Shown: piece by piece, positions 12,250 through 24,962 of the stretch
Layout of the letters: each line of letters begins with the position of its first letter
Numbering within the stretch: position 1 is the stretch's first letter
Assembly: GCA_964016885.1 (NCBI GenBank)
Contig: OZ024749.1
Coordinates: 18,166,001 to 18,230,000 of the forward strand
Reading direction: 5' to 3'
DNA: 64,000 bases
From: Eledone cirrhosa
Taxonomy: Eukaryota
Notes under the pieces: model-generated
What the model was told of the DNA's origin: nothing
Databases searched by the model: none
What the model saw: the letters and a program-made list of their open reading frames with translations, nothing else
Made by a program: the position numbers and the translations under genes

Positions 12250-12600
12250 CTTCAACATCATCACCGTTTTTATGTCGGTTTTTCCATGCTTTCTTGGTTG
12301 GACAGGTCCTTCTCAACATGGCATCTTTCAACTCGTTGTGTCCTCTGTGAGAGTCAGTTATTTGAAGTCAGTTCACACAGCCTCTGTCCAGGTCTTTCTT
12401 GGTCTACCTCTACTATGGCTTCTTTCTACTTGGGATTTCCTGGCACTTCATCACCCAGTGGTCATTATTCATGTTCATCCCATGTCAGTACAAACAGTCT
12501 TCTCTCTTACACACCACTTCAGATCACTCTTAAACCCAGCTTCTTCTTGAACTTGTCCAAGCTCTGCCTTTCTCTCACACTTACATAACATATCCTACAA
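12250..12600 (-). mobile_element. Old RTE 3' fragment
   Basis: Degenerate GRPRKTW-encoding segment and RTE tail. Confidence 0.55.
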
Positions 12601-12619
12601 AGCATGGCTGTTTGGCTGT

Positions 12620-12810
12620 TTGGCGGATTGGCAGTATCGGTAGAGGGTCGGACGCCATGCTTTGCAGCAAAGAGTTACGGCCCTTGATGGTCTGAGTTCA
12701 AATCCCGCCGAGGTTAACTTTGCCTTTCATCCTTACAGGGTCGATAAAATAAAGTGCCAGTGGTACACTGGGATAATTGCTGGCCTTGTGCCAAAAGTAG
12801 AAACAATTAT
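12620..12810 (+). mobile_element. tRNA-derived SINE (family 1)
   Basis: GGCGGATTGGCAGTATCGG...GAGTTCAAATCCCG...CAAAAGTAGAAACAATT. Confidence 0.8.
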
Positions 12811-12829
12811 TTACACTAAAGAGTCTATG

Positions 12830-13470
12830 GGTACACAAGAGATTTAGTGGGATACAAGGTGAGTTAGCTAAGAATGTAGGTTTTACAAGGGGTCATTGCA
12901 CTGGAACAGTGAGACGCAATCACTTTTGGGAGACAAGCTCTATCAAATATTTAAAGGGTTCAATAGAAACAGTTGACAGTTTCTGTTACCAGGGTGACCA
13001 AATTAGCAGTGGAGGTAGGTGTTCTGAAAGTACAGTAACAAGAGTAAGAACAAGATGGCAAAGGTTTAGGGTGCTACTACTGCTGCTAGCTACAAAAGGT
13101 TGTTTCACCAAATTGATGTGTGCCAATCTGCATTTCAGTGAGGACCTCAGAAGATTGGATAGAAATGAAGCTTGATGTGTAATATTAATATACTTGAAGA
13201 ACAAAATGTAAATAAACTGATAGAGAACCTGGGCACGAGAGGGATAAGATACAGTATGCAGGAGTGTAGATTGCTGTGATATGGATATGTGATGTGTATG
13301 AAGGTAGAGATGTTGTATAAAAGGTTGACCGCTTGAAATTGATGGAAGAGGAATGCTTGGGATGAGGAAGTAAAAAGTGACCTGACACCATTGTACCTCT
13401 CAAAGGTGATGACGCAGGATCGAAATCTCTGGCGTTATACAGTACTGCAGGAGACCTGCATTCCAATGTG
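12830..13470 (+). mobile_element. Decayed RTE fragment
   Basis: ETVDSFCYQGDQISSGG..EDLRRLDRNEA. Confidence 0.7.
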
Positions 13471-13601
13471 CACAGGATGAAGCAACATTTAGTGGTTTAA
13501 AGTATGCTCCAATTTTCCTCCTCTCCACATCTTAACACTCCACCCCCTTACCAGTGAAGTAACCCCTCTGAACTATCTCTCCAATCCCCACCCTACATAC
13601 A

Positions 13602-14295
13602 CAAAGAATCGCTGCTTTCACCTTTAACGAGATCTTCTGAAACTAAAAAAAAATCAATCTGTGAATGCAGAAGTTAATATTTCGAAAAACGTTGCATCTG
13701 AAGGAAAACAGGAAGCGATACTTTGGTTCGTGAAGACGTTCCCTGGCAATGAACGGAAAAAAGCGAAGATAATACGTCATTATGTGGAGCGGTGAGAACA
13801 ATTACACGTAAAGACAAAACCACGTTTATGGTATAAATGGAGTCGTAGACTAATATACTATTTAGGAAACTGAATGATTCTCGGCTTCGGAGTTCAGAAT
13901 AATGTAAATAAATTAGTTGAATGAAAATGACAGAGGTTATTAAAATCATAAAAGTAATAATAATTAAATATATACATACACACATTTATACACGTGCATA
14001 TGCAAAAACACACGCCATGCATATACATGCACGTACACATAAACACGCGCACACGGACGTAAACCGGTGCGACACATATACCCGCACACGTATACACCAA
14101 ATACACATATAAATATGTGTGTATATACATATAATTATATATACATATATAAATATATGCGCATAAATGCGTATACAAAGCAAGCACACTCACACATATG
14201 TTCACCAAACATACATATAGCAAAACCCTATCTACATATATACACACCATACATACGTGCAAACACACATACATACTAATACATACCCATATATT
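13602..14295 (-). mobile_element. 3' UTR fragment related to Naiad-type PLE family 1
   Basis: Homologous to 21078-21330, including part of the HHR-like motif. Confidence 0.65.
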
Positions 14296-14354
14296 ATGGC
14301 TACCTCCTCGTTAATGAGTATGGCCATTGCACGAGAACAAAACAACAATAATGA

Positions 14355-14543
14355 TCGTTTCTACTTTTGGCACAAGGCTAGCAATTACTCCAGTGCATTA
14401 CTGGTACTTTATTTTATTGACCCCGTAAGGATGAAAGGCAAAGTTAACCTCGGCGGGATTTGAACTCAGAATGGCAAAGGCCGTAAGTCTATGCGCCAAA
14501 GCATGGCGTCCGACTCTCTACCGATACTGCCAATCCATCGCCC
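14355..14543 (-). mobile_element. tRNA-derived SINE (family 1)
   Basis: Same sequence family as 32-192. Confidence 0.8.
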
Positions 14544-14590
14544 TAATAATAACAATAATAATGACAACAACAATAATAATAATAATAATA

Positions 14591-15383
14591 CAGAGATCCA
14601 CAGACATGGAACTGGTTGAAAAGAGGAGACCTTAAAAAGGCTACAGAAGGAATGTTAATGGCTGCGCAAGAGCAGGCCCTCAAAACGAAGTGGTTGAAAC
14701 ACCATATTTACAAGGAGGAGGCTAGCCCACTGTGCAGGATCTGTGGAGAGAGAGAGAGGAGACTGTGGCTCACATTGTATCCGAGTGTAAACACCTAGCC
14801 CAGACTCACTATAAGGGCTGGAGACATGATGTGATGGGCAGGGTGATCCACTGGCACCTATGCAAAGTAAACAATTTACCACATTCTGAGAAGTGGTATG
14901 AGCATAAGCCAGAGTCGGTGATAGAAAACGATCAGGTAAAGGTGCTGTGGGATTTTAGGATACAGACGGACAAGAAACTGGAACACAATAGACCTGACCT
15001 GGTGGTTTTGGACAAAGAAAAAAGTACGTGCCTGATTGTGGATGTGGCCTGCCCATTCGACACGAGAGTGCAAGAGAAGGAGAGGGAGAAAATTAACCGA
15101 TACCAGGACTTAAAGTGGGAGGTAAAAAGGATTTGGAACTGCCATGAAGTCAAAGTGGTCCTGATTGTCATAGGCGCACTAGGTACTATCTCAAAAAGTT
15201 TCCAGGGATGGTTAAAGAAAATTGGCCCCTTCACGCTTTTTGGAACGCTTCAAAAGGCATGCTTGCTGGGAACAGCAAGAACCCTGCGATACGTCCTGAA
15301 TATCCGAGGCTGCAGGTAGTGGCTTGATATTCATTTCAACAAACTTTCCAGTTAACTAACATCAATGACTGAGACTCAAAGAA
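14591..15383 (+). mobile_element. 5'-truncated R4/Dong-like LINE (CCHC knuckle plus restriction-like endonuclease)
   Basis: CRIC..ETVAHIVSEC, RHD, WDFRIQTD..NRPDLVV..IVDVACP, EKINRY, IGALG, LQKACLLGTAR. Flanked by (AAT)n on both sides. Confidence 0.85.
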
Positions 15384-15419
15384 CAATAATAATAATAATA
15401 TATATATATATATAACGTT

Positions 15420-15474
<55 letters not shown>

Positions 15475-15476
<2 letters not shown>

Positions 15477-15821
15477 TCATTATCATCATCATCATCATTT
15501 CATTTTACGTCCGCTTTTTCCCTGCTTGCAAGGGTGAGACGGGAACTGATTCTGGCTTGATTTCTACAGCTGGATGCCCTTCCTAACACCAACCTCATTT
15601 ACAGTGAGTGCGGGGTGCTTTTTTGCCGTGGCACCTCCACGACCACTTTGCAGTGGAATGATAGAGACCCCAGTCCCTATCATCTCATTTGTACAGCTGA
15701 GTAAACTGGAGCAATGTGAAATAAAGTGTCTTGCTCAAGTACACAACACATCACCCGGTCTGAGAATTGAACTCACAACCTTTCGATTGCAAGACCAATG
15801 CTCTAACCACTAAAACATATG

Positions 15822-15823
<2 letters not shown>
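15475..15823 (-). mobile_element. Full-length SINE (tRNA head, RTE-type tail)
   Basis: Near-identical to 11394-11741. Confidence 0.8.
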
Positions 15824-15905
<82 letters not shown>

Positions 15906-15911
<6 letters not shown>

Positions 15912-16560
15912 TTAACACAAATCAATATATTTGATAGACACAAATATCCTCATATTTATGTTTGTATTGTAAATGACCAAGTTAGCTAGATAGAAATATA
16001 CTAATAATAATATTACAGTTTGCCTATCATGACTTAAGATAATACATCATAAATCAACAAAAACAAATTGTACTGGCAATGGCCATAGTGTTAGCTAGAC
16101 ACTGGATAACCGCATGACGTTACCTCGTGCGCTAAACAGTCTTCCTAAATATTTTGAAGTGGAACATACCAATTTTTATAGTGCTTGCTAAGGAGATCAA
16201 AATGCGGTATTTTCTTCCACTTTTTCATTATTCGAAACATATTTGGATTTTAAGGTTTAAACCTGTCCACGGAACAGGTTTGATTTTGAAATTTAAATTT
16301 GTCCAAGCACTACGGCCATTGCCAGTACAATTTGTTTTTGTTGATTTATGATGTATTATCTTAAGTCATGATAGGCAAACTGTAATATTATTATTAGTAT
16401 ATTTCTATCTAGCTAACTTGGTCATTTACAATACAAACATAAATATGAGGATATTTGTGTTTATCAAATATATTGATTTGTGTTAACCTATATTCACGGC
16501 TCAGAAATACTCTTTCTTTCTTTGAGCTATTCCATTGTAAATGATCGCCTTGAACTCATT
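15906..16560. mobile_element. Non-coding repeat family C with ~185-bp inverted arms (15906-16090 / 16308-16492)
   Basis: Near-perfect inverted repeat between (TA)n tracts. Homologous to 61113-61672. Confidence 0.65.
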
Positions 16561-17380
16561 ATTATTGATTTTATATATATATATATATATATATGGTATA
16601 AAAAAACCCCGAAAAATCAGTGATACATCTAGACTCCATTTATTACATGTTACAATTGTTTCGCCGGCAGGTAGCTCGAGACATGATCATTGTATGGATC
16701 TGGCTGATTCTACGGCTACAGGTTCTTTGGACACATGGACATCTTTCGGAGCAGATTTTCTCACTGGGGTGTAATCATCAAAAAACATTTTCCACTCTTG
16801 CCTTGCCATTGGTTGTTGATTTTCTACGTCATCATAAATTCTGGTCAGTATTTACTGCTACACAGGTCAGCAGCCATTCTCCGTCCGACACACTTCAATG
16901 GAACCATGCTGTATTTGGTATCTCACACGTCTGTTCACACTCACGAGTATGTACCCACACATACACACAAACACACGAATAGGCACACACACACACACAC
17001 ACACACACTCAGGCACATACACCTGCATACACATATGTACACACAGATGTGTAGGCACACACACTCTCTCCCTCTCTTACACATACCCAAGCACACCCAC
17101 ACCCAAAACTACAACACTACAGGTCTACTAGCGCCTGCCTCCACGGCCCTCACATCCTGTCTCACATGGGCCCACAAGGACACATATCGGCGTTCGGGCA
17201 CATCTGCACATATATACACAAGCACTCACAGACACATACATGGACACACATACGCACATACACACATATCCTTATGGGTAGGCAACAAAGACAGACACAC
17301 TTCTAAAGACATAAGTATTTTGGAGATTAGTATCAGTATATATATATATATATATTATCAAGAATGACAATAAATGCATG

Positions 17381-17900
17381 TGTTGAACAAAAGAACAACG
17401 ATGGTTACTAAATACTGTACGGCTTAATTCGGGATGTCTGTTTACAAACACACCGAGCATTATAATACATGTTCGGTGAATCCATACGTACATATATATA
17501 TGTGTGCATGTATATATATATATATATACATACTACTGTACGTCTGTATACATATATGTATGTACGTATACATACTTATATTTAAGTAACAGCCGTACTA
17601 AGAGTGAGAAATTAAATTTTGTTTCATTTTTTTCGTTTATCGTTTTCGGTGCGCCCGGCCGATTAACTCACTCGATATGCAAATTAGGCTGCTCAGTATA
17701 TACTTCCAGACGTTCAATCATCTGGCAGGAAGGTATACAGTGCTGACGATAGCTAATAAGCTTGAAACTAGTACAGCGTTTCTTTGTCAGTGTTGAACAA
17801 AAGAGCAACGATGGTTGCTAAACACTGTACAGCTTAATTCGGGATGTTTGTTTACAAACAAACCGAGCATTATAATAAATGTTCGGTAAATCCATGTGTA
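17381..17900 (+). mobile_element. HHR-containing non-coding unit (family A), ~410-bp period with ~110-bp terminal redundancy
   Basis: TGTTGAACAAAAG... repeats at 17381 and 17791. HHR CTGACGA..GAAACTAGTA at 17738-17778. Confidence 0.75.
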
Positions 17901-17929
17901 GGAAAGGAAAAATAAAATAAAAACACACA

Positions 17930-19800
17930 TGCAAACACACACACACACAAATGCATACACACACACACACATATATATATATACATACACTCATACATAC
18001 ACACACATATACACATATATATGTGTATATATATACACACATACACATACATATACACATACATCCATACACACATAAATATCAACATATCCATACATAC
18101 ACATACATATATACAACCACACACACATATATACACATATATATAGAAATAGAAATATATATATATATATGCATTCACATACACATACATATACATACAT
18201 ACATACACACAATCATACCTATATACACACGTACATGCATACACATACATAAATGCATACATATGCATGTACAAAATTAGAAAAATATACACACACCTCT
18301 ACATATTCACACAGGCAAATAAATATAAGAAAAATATATATAAAAAAATAAAATAATAAAAACTATTATACAGTTGACAGCGATACAACGAATAAATGAA
18401 CAAACACGCGTGGTAAGGAATACACACAAATGCACGTACACATACATACGAAAAAGTAAATACATACACACACTCTCACACATAAATATACATATACAAA
18501 TACTTAAACACATACATACGCATACACAAATACATACACAAACACACACATATACATATATACACACACATATACATATACATATATATATATATATAAA
18601 TACACACACATATACACATATATATATATACACACACACATACATACATAGCTATACAATTATACACATACAAATACGTACATATCACAAACACGCACAA
18701 CCAAATACAAACACACACACACACACACATATATATCATGTATAATAAACAATACAATATAATTACCTCATTGCCAGAGGTTTCCCGAATAAGACGAATA
18801 CGAAAGAAACGTCCCCATTCGTTCGTCGGACAAAAACAGTGAAATATTTGGAAAGTCTCCTCAAGAAATGCAAAAAAAAAAAATATATATATAAATAAAA
18901 GCAATGCAATAGACATATAAAAAAATATAAGGAAATATAGTTAGGTATGTGTATATGTATGTATATACACTCACAAATGTACATATGTATGTATGTACAA
19001 ATGCGTGTGTATGGTGAAAATGTGTGCGTAAGTACATATATGAGGGCAAGTATATTTGTGTATATGTAACCACAAATACGAATATAATATTAGTTGAAAA
19101 AGAAAAAAGAAATTGATAATCTAGTTGACACGCATCCAGAAAACAGGTATTAGATACACAATGAGTATGAAAGCACGCGTATAAACACACACACGCGCAA
19201 TCACTTATATGCGGAAGATAAAGAGGGAAGGGAGTGGAATAGTTAAAAGAAAGTGTCATTCTCGATATATGTATAAAAATGATACAGTATATGAGAAAGA
19301 AAAAAATTTAAATGAAAGAGAAAGTAGTCGATTAACACTAAAGAAAAGAAAAGAAAATAAACAAAGTACACGCATACATACACATACATCTATAAAAAAA
19401 AAATATATATATATACACGCAATACGTACAGACAAAAGCGTATGCATGCGTACATACATACACAGGATGCACGTATATATATACATACATATCGCCCCAT
19501 GTATATATAATCATATGTACGTACGCGACTGTATATATATATATATACACACACACGCGCACACATACACACCCATACATACAATATATATATACACACA
19601 AACATATTCACGTACATTGACCCGCTTACACGCACACACATAAAAATAAGAATGTAAAAAACAGAGAAGTAAAAACACATATAAAAACACACATACATAC
19701 ACATATATATACACGCACGCACGCGTACATACGGAGGCGTTCGTGTACATATACAGAACGTATACATGCTCAGACACATAAATACATAGTATAAAGCAGC
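17930..19800. repeat. (CA)/(TA)-rich low-complexity region
   Basis: Dinucleotide mosaics; the ORFs here are artefacts. Confidence 0.8.
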
Positions 19801-20311
19801 CTTATGAATAAATGAGTACAAATATAAAAATATAAAATTGGCTGCGAAATAACAGAAAATATCTGGAGTGGAAAACGCAAGTGACTGTGTAATCAGGTAG
19901 TAAAGAAAATAGGGAAGTAAAATGTGGAAAGTGAAGATATTAGGAATCGAAGAATAAAGGGGGGGGGGGGGTTACTGGTGGATGTGAGGTAAAAATAAAA
20001 ATAAAAATAAAAATAAAAATAAAATTAATAATAAGGTTAAAAATGAAAGTAAATCAGAAAGAGTAGTCTTTAAAGAGAATAATTTAAGTGAAGAGAAGAG
20101 CTTATGGAGGATAAGTATCTGAAAGTTTATATGAGCTGGAAAGCAAGTGTGATTTCATGTGTGGGCAACTGGTGAACATTTCTGACAGAAATTTTCACCA
20201 GTTGCCCACACCTTGTTTGCGTGTATGTGTGTATATATATATTGTATGTATGGGTGTGTATGTGTGCGTGTATATATATATATATGTCAGGTCACCAGGT
20301 CATATATATAT

Positions 20312-20915
20312 GTCAGGTCACCAGTTGGTGCTACTGGTAACATGTATCCCAGTACAACCTGTCTCATGGTCGGGTCGTTGGCGACTAAACTGGCAACCCC
20401 ACCAAGGTATCTTGGTGAGGAGGGTGACTTTGGACATCCTTCAGGACTAAAAACAAAACCTGTCAAAGGGCAAAGGAGCTCTTAAGAGTCAATGGCCATC
20501 CAAAATCACCGGGAGAGATGACCCCTTAGCCTTTGTCAAGGCAGAATTCTAGGAGAAGGAAAACTCTGATATAACACCTGCAACCCTGATGGTATCCAAT
20601 GATGTTGACTTGTTCTTCTTTTTGGTAAATATCATCTTGGTTAAGAGAGTGGGACTGGCTTTGTGCAGTGCCTTTGCTCACTATAAAAGCTTCACGGCAC
20701 AGGCATTGCTTTATATCTGGAGATCTCTCTGCACTTGTCCTCCATGGTACCATGGGCCCAGCACTATGTGTCAATAATTGTCACAAGTGTAGTGTTTGTA
20801 CAGAGTTTTCAAGTCGCTGGCTGGACTAAAAAGTCACACTCGTTCAGCGCTTCGGTAGGGGTTCACCTACATGGATATAAAGTAGTGGCCGTACTCGAAA
20901 ACGAGTTGGCAGCCA

Positions 20916-20918
<3 letters not shown>
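20312..20918 (+). mobile_element. Bipartite non-autonomous RTE-like retroposon
   Basis: RTE-5'UTR-like start, C-terminal zinc-finger remnant, end GCAGCCACC(ATAT)n. Second copy at 331-745. Confidence 0.55.
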
Positions 20919-20963
<45 letters not shown>

Positions 20964-21069
20964 ATAATAATAAAATTGAAGACAAAAATCCAAAGAGGGC
21001 TCGATAAGGAAAATATATATCAAATATATAAGAACCGAAGAGCAAATATTTATTAAAATAACAGATTAA

Positions 21070-21120
21070 AGTTTAAGCAAAGAATCGCTGCTTTCACCCT
21101 TAACGGGATCTTCTGAAACT
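21070..21120 (-). ncRNA. HHR-like motif of PLE family 1, variant core CAGAAGA
   Basis: agttt-CAGAAGA-t.ccc(gttaa)ggg.t-GAAA-gca..tgc-TT-aaact. Identical copy at 35350-35400. Confidence 0.5.
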
Positions 21121-21931
21121 AACAAAGTCAATCTGTAGACGCAGAACTGGATATTTCAATAAACGTTGCAACCGGAGGAAGACAGGAAGACGATACTTTG
21201 GTTCATGGTGACGTTCGCTGGCAAAGAACGGGAAAAAACGAATAATACGTCATTAATAGGAGCGGTGAAAAACAATTACGCGCAAAGACAGGAGCACGTT
21301 TATGGTATAAAAGAGGTCGTAGACTAATGTTCTCTAAGTGGTGCATAGAGACGTTCTCTGGCAATGAACGAAAAAACGAAGATAATAAGTCATATGTGGA
21401 GCGTGGAGAACAATAGCACGCAAAAACAAAACCACGTAAATGGTATAGCAGAAGTTGTAGACTAAAATTCTAACTAGGAGACCGAATGAATCTCCGCTAC
21501 AGAGTTAAGAACAAAGTAAATAAATACAATACAGAAGTAATAGAAACAAATAAATACATACACGCAAACAGATACGTACATACACAAGCATACGCAAAAC
21601 CTTACCATAGGTATACAAAACCATGCACATATAAATATGTGTATGTGTGTATGCTTGTGTACAAATAAATAAATAATTATATAAACGTATATAAGTAAAA
21701 AAATACGTATATAACAAGCGCACACACATACCTACAAATAAATACACGAAGGTTCGGAGACGTAAGTCAGCTAAAACAAGAAGTACACATATACACACAC
21801 CCACCATACGTACGAACCTGCATACTCACGCAGACGCAAAACTCCCATATACACATAACCAAACCCTAAATACCAGAATATTATTACTATTTGGCTCCTT
21901 CGGTTGAGCACTCTACTGACTTATATTCATC

Positions 21932-24067
21932 ATGCAGAAACAACATCTGAATATTTCTACAAAGAACATACCCGTACCAAGCAGGAAAACATACCTAAAA
22001 CTCCTGATACAGAAAACAGACGCGTTCATTAAAAGGTTGCGTTGGCGTGCCTTTTATTTCGATAATCCGCGAAAAGCAGACAACAAACAGGACAAATTTG
22101 GATTTAAAACCTATAATAACCCTCCGTGGAACCCAGCATTGTTACCCTTCGAAAATGATGTCTTGGAGCTCATTCGGAGTATCAAATTTCGGAATAGGAG
22201 CAATTCCTTCCAGCAAGACCTGAAGAATAGAATTCGTTCTATTAAGGATTCTAACGCCGTGCACGTCCATTCCGACAAAACTGGCAACCTATATCAAGTG
22301 GAGCGCAGTACTTACCATCAACTACTACATAATGCTGTAACTAAGGATTACCGTAAAACTAATCGGTGCGTCATCAATGAAATCAACGATGCTGGGTTTA
22401 TGGGTTTAAAATCACATCTGATCTCAACATCCTGGACCGGACCGAACCTCTGGACCCTATCTCCCCCCACTTTACCCTGAAGGATCACAAATCCAATTTT
22501 CCGAACAACCCCTCTATTCGGCTTATTAACCCTACGAAGTCCGATTTAGGTAGACTTAGTAAAACGATTCTTGATAGAATTATACCTGAAATTAGAAGTT
22601 TGGCCCCTCTCGCACTGTGGAACAATTCTTTCGCGGTGATTGATTGGTTCAACGGCATATGTAACAAGGAACATTGCCGTTTTATCCAATTCGACATCAA
22701 CAATTACTACTCCTCCATCACTTTACCACTTCTCCTTAGAGCTATCAATTTCGCTAAAACACTCACAGTGGTTAAGGATTTCGAAGTTGATGTCATCCTT
22801 AATGCCCGAAAGTCGGTGATTAATTTCGACGACTCTATTTGGATTAAAAAAACCAATAGTACCCCATTCGACGTGAGTATGGGCGCCAGTGACTCTGCGG
22901 AGGTTACCGATCTTATTGGCCTTTTCCTTCTTTTCTCTATCAAGGACGAATTCCCCAACGCGGGCGGTGGTTTGTACCGTGACGATGGTCTTTTGACCAT
23001 GACTAAGTGCGGACCTCGTTCTTGCGACAGATTCAGAAAAGAACTCACAGCCTTCTTTAAAGGCTTCAACCTCTCTATACAGGTTGAGGCCAATCTCTCG
23101 GTCGTTAATTACCTCGACGTTACCCTCAATTTATTGAATGGGTTGTATTACCCGTATAGAAAGCCGAATGATACGCTTAATTACATAAGTAAGCATTCCA
23201 ACCATCCTGCCAGCATAACCAAGAATCTGGTAAAAAACGTTTCGTTGAGGCTTTCCCGTCTTTCCACCAACTAGCGGATTTTCAACGACCATTCCACTTA
23301 TTACAATGAAGCTCTTGCTCGAAGTGGATTTGTCGATAAGGTAGCATATACAGAGTACGAGAATAGACCTAGAAGAAATAGATCCCGTCGCATTATGGTT
23401 TAACCCACCATATAATATGGAGGTGGCCACACCATTAGCTAAGATCTTTCTTTCCCTTATTACGAAGCATTTTCCCCCTACACATAAATATAGTAAAATT
23501 TTTAATAGAAACACTATTAAAATTTCTTAGTCTACGACTCCTAACCTTGCACATAACATTACAGCTTCAAATTTAGCTAAACTACCTAGCCGTAGGAACA
23601 CGTGCAACCCTGTAGTTAGTACTAACTGTAATTGTAGGAATCGGGCTGATTGTCCCCTATCCGGGAAATGCCTCTTTAGTAACATTGTCTACAAATGTAA
23701 GGTTGTAACACCCACGTCCCGTAGGGCCTACATAGGGTTAACCGCCAATAGATTCAAGCAGCGTCTTTACATGCATACCCATTCTTTTCGTTACCCTCTA
23801 AGAAGGAATATGACGTCACTTTCAGCTTATATCTGGAGTCTAAAAGACAACCACACCCAATATAAGTTACACTGGGAGATCCTAGCTAGGGCTAGATCGT
23901 ATAACGGAAATAAAAGACCATGTGACCTCTGCGCCGCTGAGGCCCTGGAAATACTCTACGCCACAGACCACATCTTAAACAAAAGATCTGAGGCAATTTC
24001 GGCTTGTAAACATAAATTGCACAAAACTTTCCTGTATTACAGCCCCACGTTATACCCCAACGGATAG
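21932..24067 (+). pseudogene. PLE RT plus C-terminal GIY-YIG endonuclease (frameshifts, TAG stops)
   Basis: STKNIPVPS..FIKRLRWRAFYF, KDHK..RLINPTKSDLG, QFDINNYYSSI, DVSMGASDSAEV, GLYRDDGL, CNCR..CPLSGKC, IVY..YIG, CDLC..LNKRSE..CKH. Confidence 0.9.
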
Positions 24068-24962
24068 CACGATCTATACGTGGATATTTTACGTCTTGAT
24101 GTGGGAGCTAAGTATATGTTTTGTTTATTCCTTTACTTATTTGCATATGTAAGTATATATTACCCGTATGTTTTGTGAAGGTATGTATACCTTCTCGTAC
24201 GTATATTTGACTGTTATGGCGTATAATTTTTACATATTCTGGTATTTAGGGTTTGGTTATGTGTATATGGGAGTTTTGCGTCTGCGTGAGTATGCAGGTT
24301 CGTACGTATGGTGGGTGTGTGTATATGTGTACTTCTTGTTTTAGCTGACTTACGTCTCCGAACCTTCGTGTATTTATTTGTAGGTATGTGTGTGCGCTTG
24401 TTATATACGTATTTTTTTACTTATATACGTTTATATAATTATTTATTTATTTGTACACAAGCATACACACATACACATATTTATATGTGCATGGTTTTGT
24501 ATACCTATGGTAAGGTTTTGCGTATGCTTGTGTATGTACGTATCTGTTTGCGTGTATGTATTTATTTGTTTCTATTACTTCTGTATTGTATTTATTTACT
24601 TTGTTCTTAACTCTGTAGCGGAGATTCATTCGGTCTCCTAGTTAGAATTTTAGTCTACAACTTCTGGTATACCATTTACGTGGTTTTGTCTTTGCGTGCT
24701 ATTGTTCTCCACGCTCCACATATGACTTATTATCTTCGTCTTTTCGTTCATTGCCAGAGAACGTCTCTATGCACCACTTAGAGAACATTAGTCTACGACC
24801 TCTTTTATACCATAAACGTGCTCCTGTCTTTGCGCGTAATTGTTTTTCACCGCTCCTATTAATGACGTATTATTCGTTTTTTCCCGTTCTTTGCCAGCGA
24901 ACGTCACCATGAACCAAAGGATGGCCTGGAATTAAGAAAGATGATACATTTGCAAGGATCTA

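Larger units (their letters stand above)
20960..24919 (+). mobile_element. Naiad-type Penelope-like retroelement 1 with inverted 5' copy of its 3' UTR
   Basis: 686-bp inverted repeats 21196-21881 / 24234-24919 flank an RT plus GIY-YIG ORF. The left end abuts (TA)n. Confidence 0.88.

Noticed and set aside
18765-18870. Possible HHR on the minus strand (CCGACGA...GAAA)
   Set aside because: Could not fit consistent stems I and III.
21932-24067. Selenocysteine-encoding Naiad (reported for some Naiads)
   Set aside because: The disrupting stops I found here and in PLE 3 are TAG/TAA, and conserved Cys codons are TGY.
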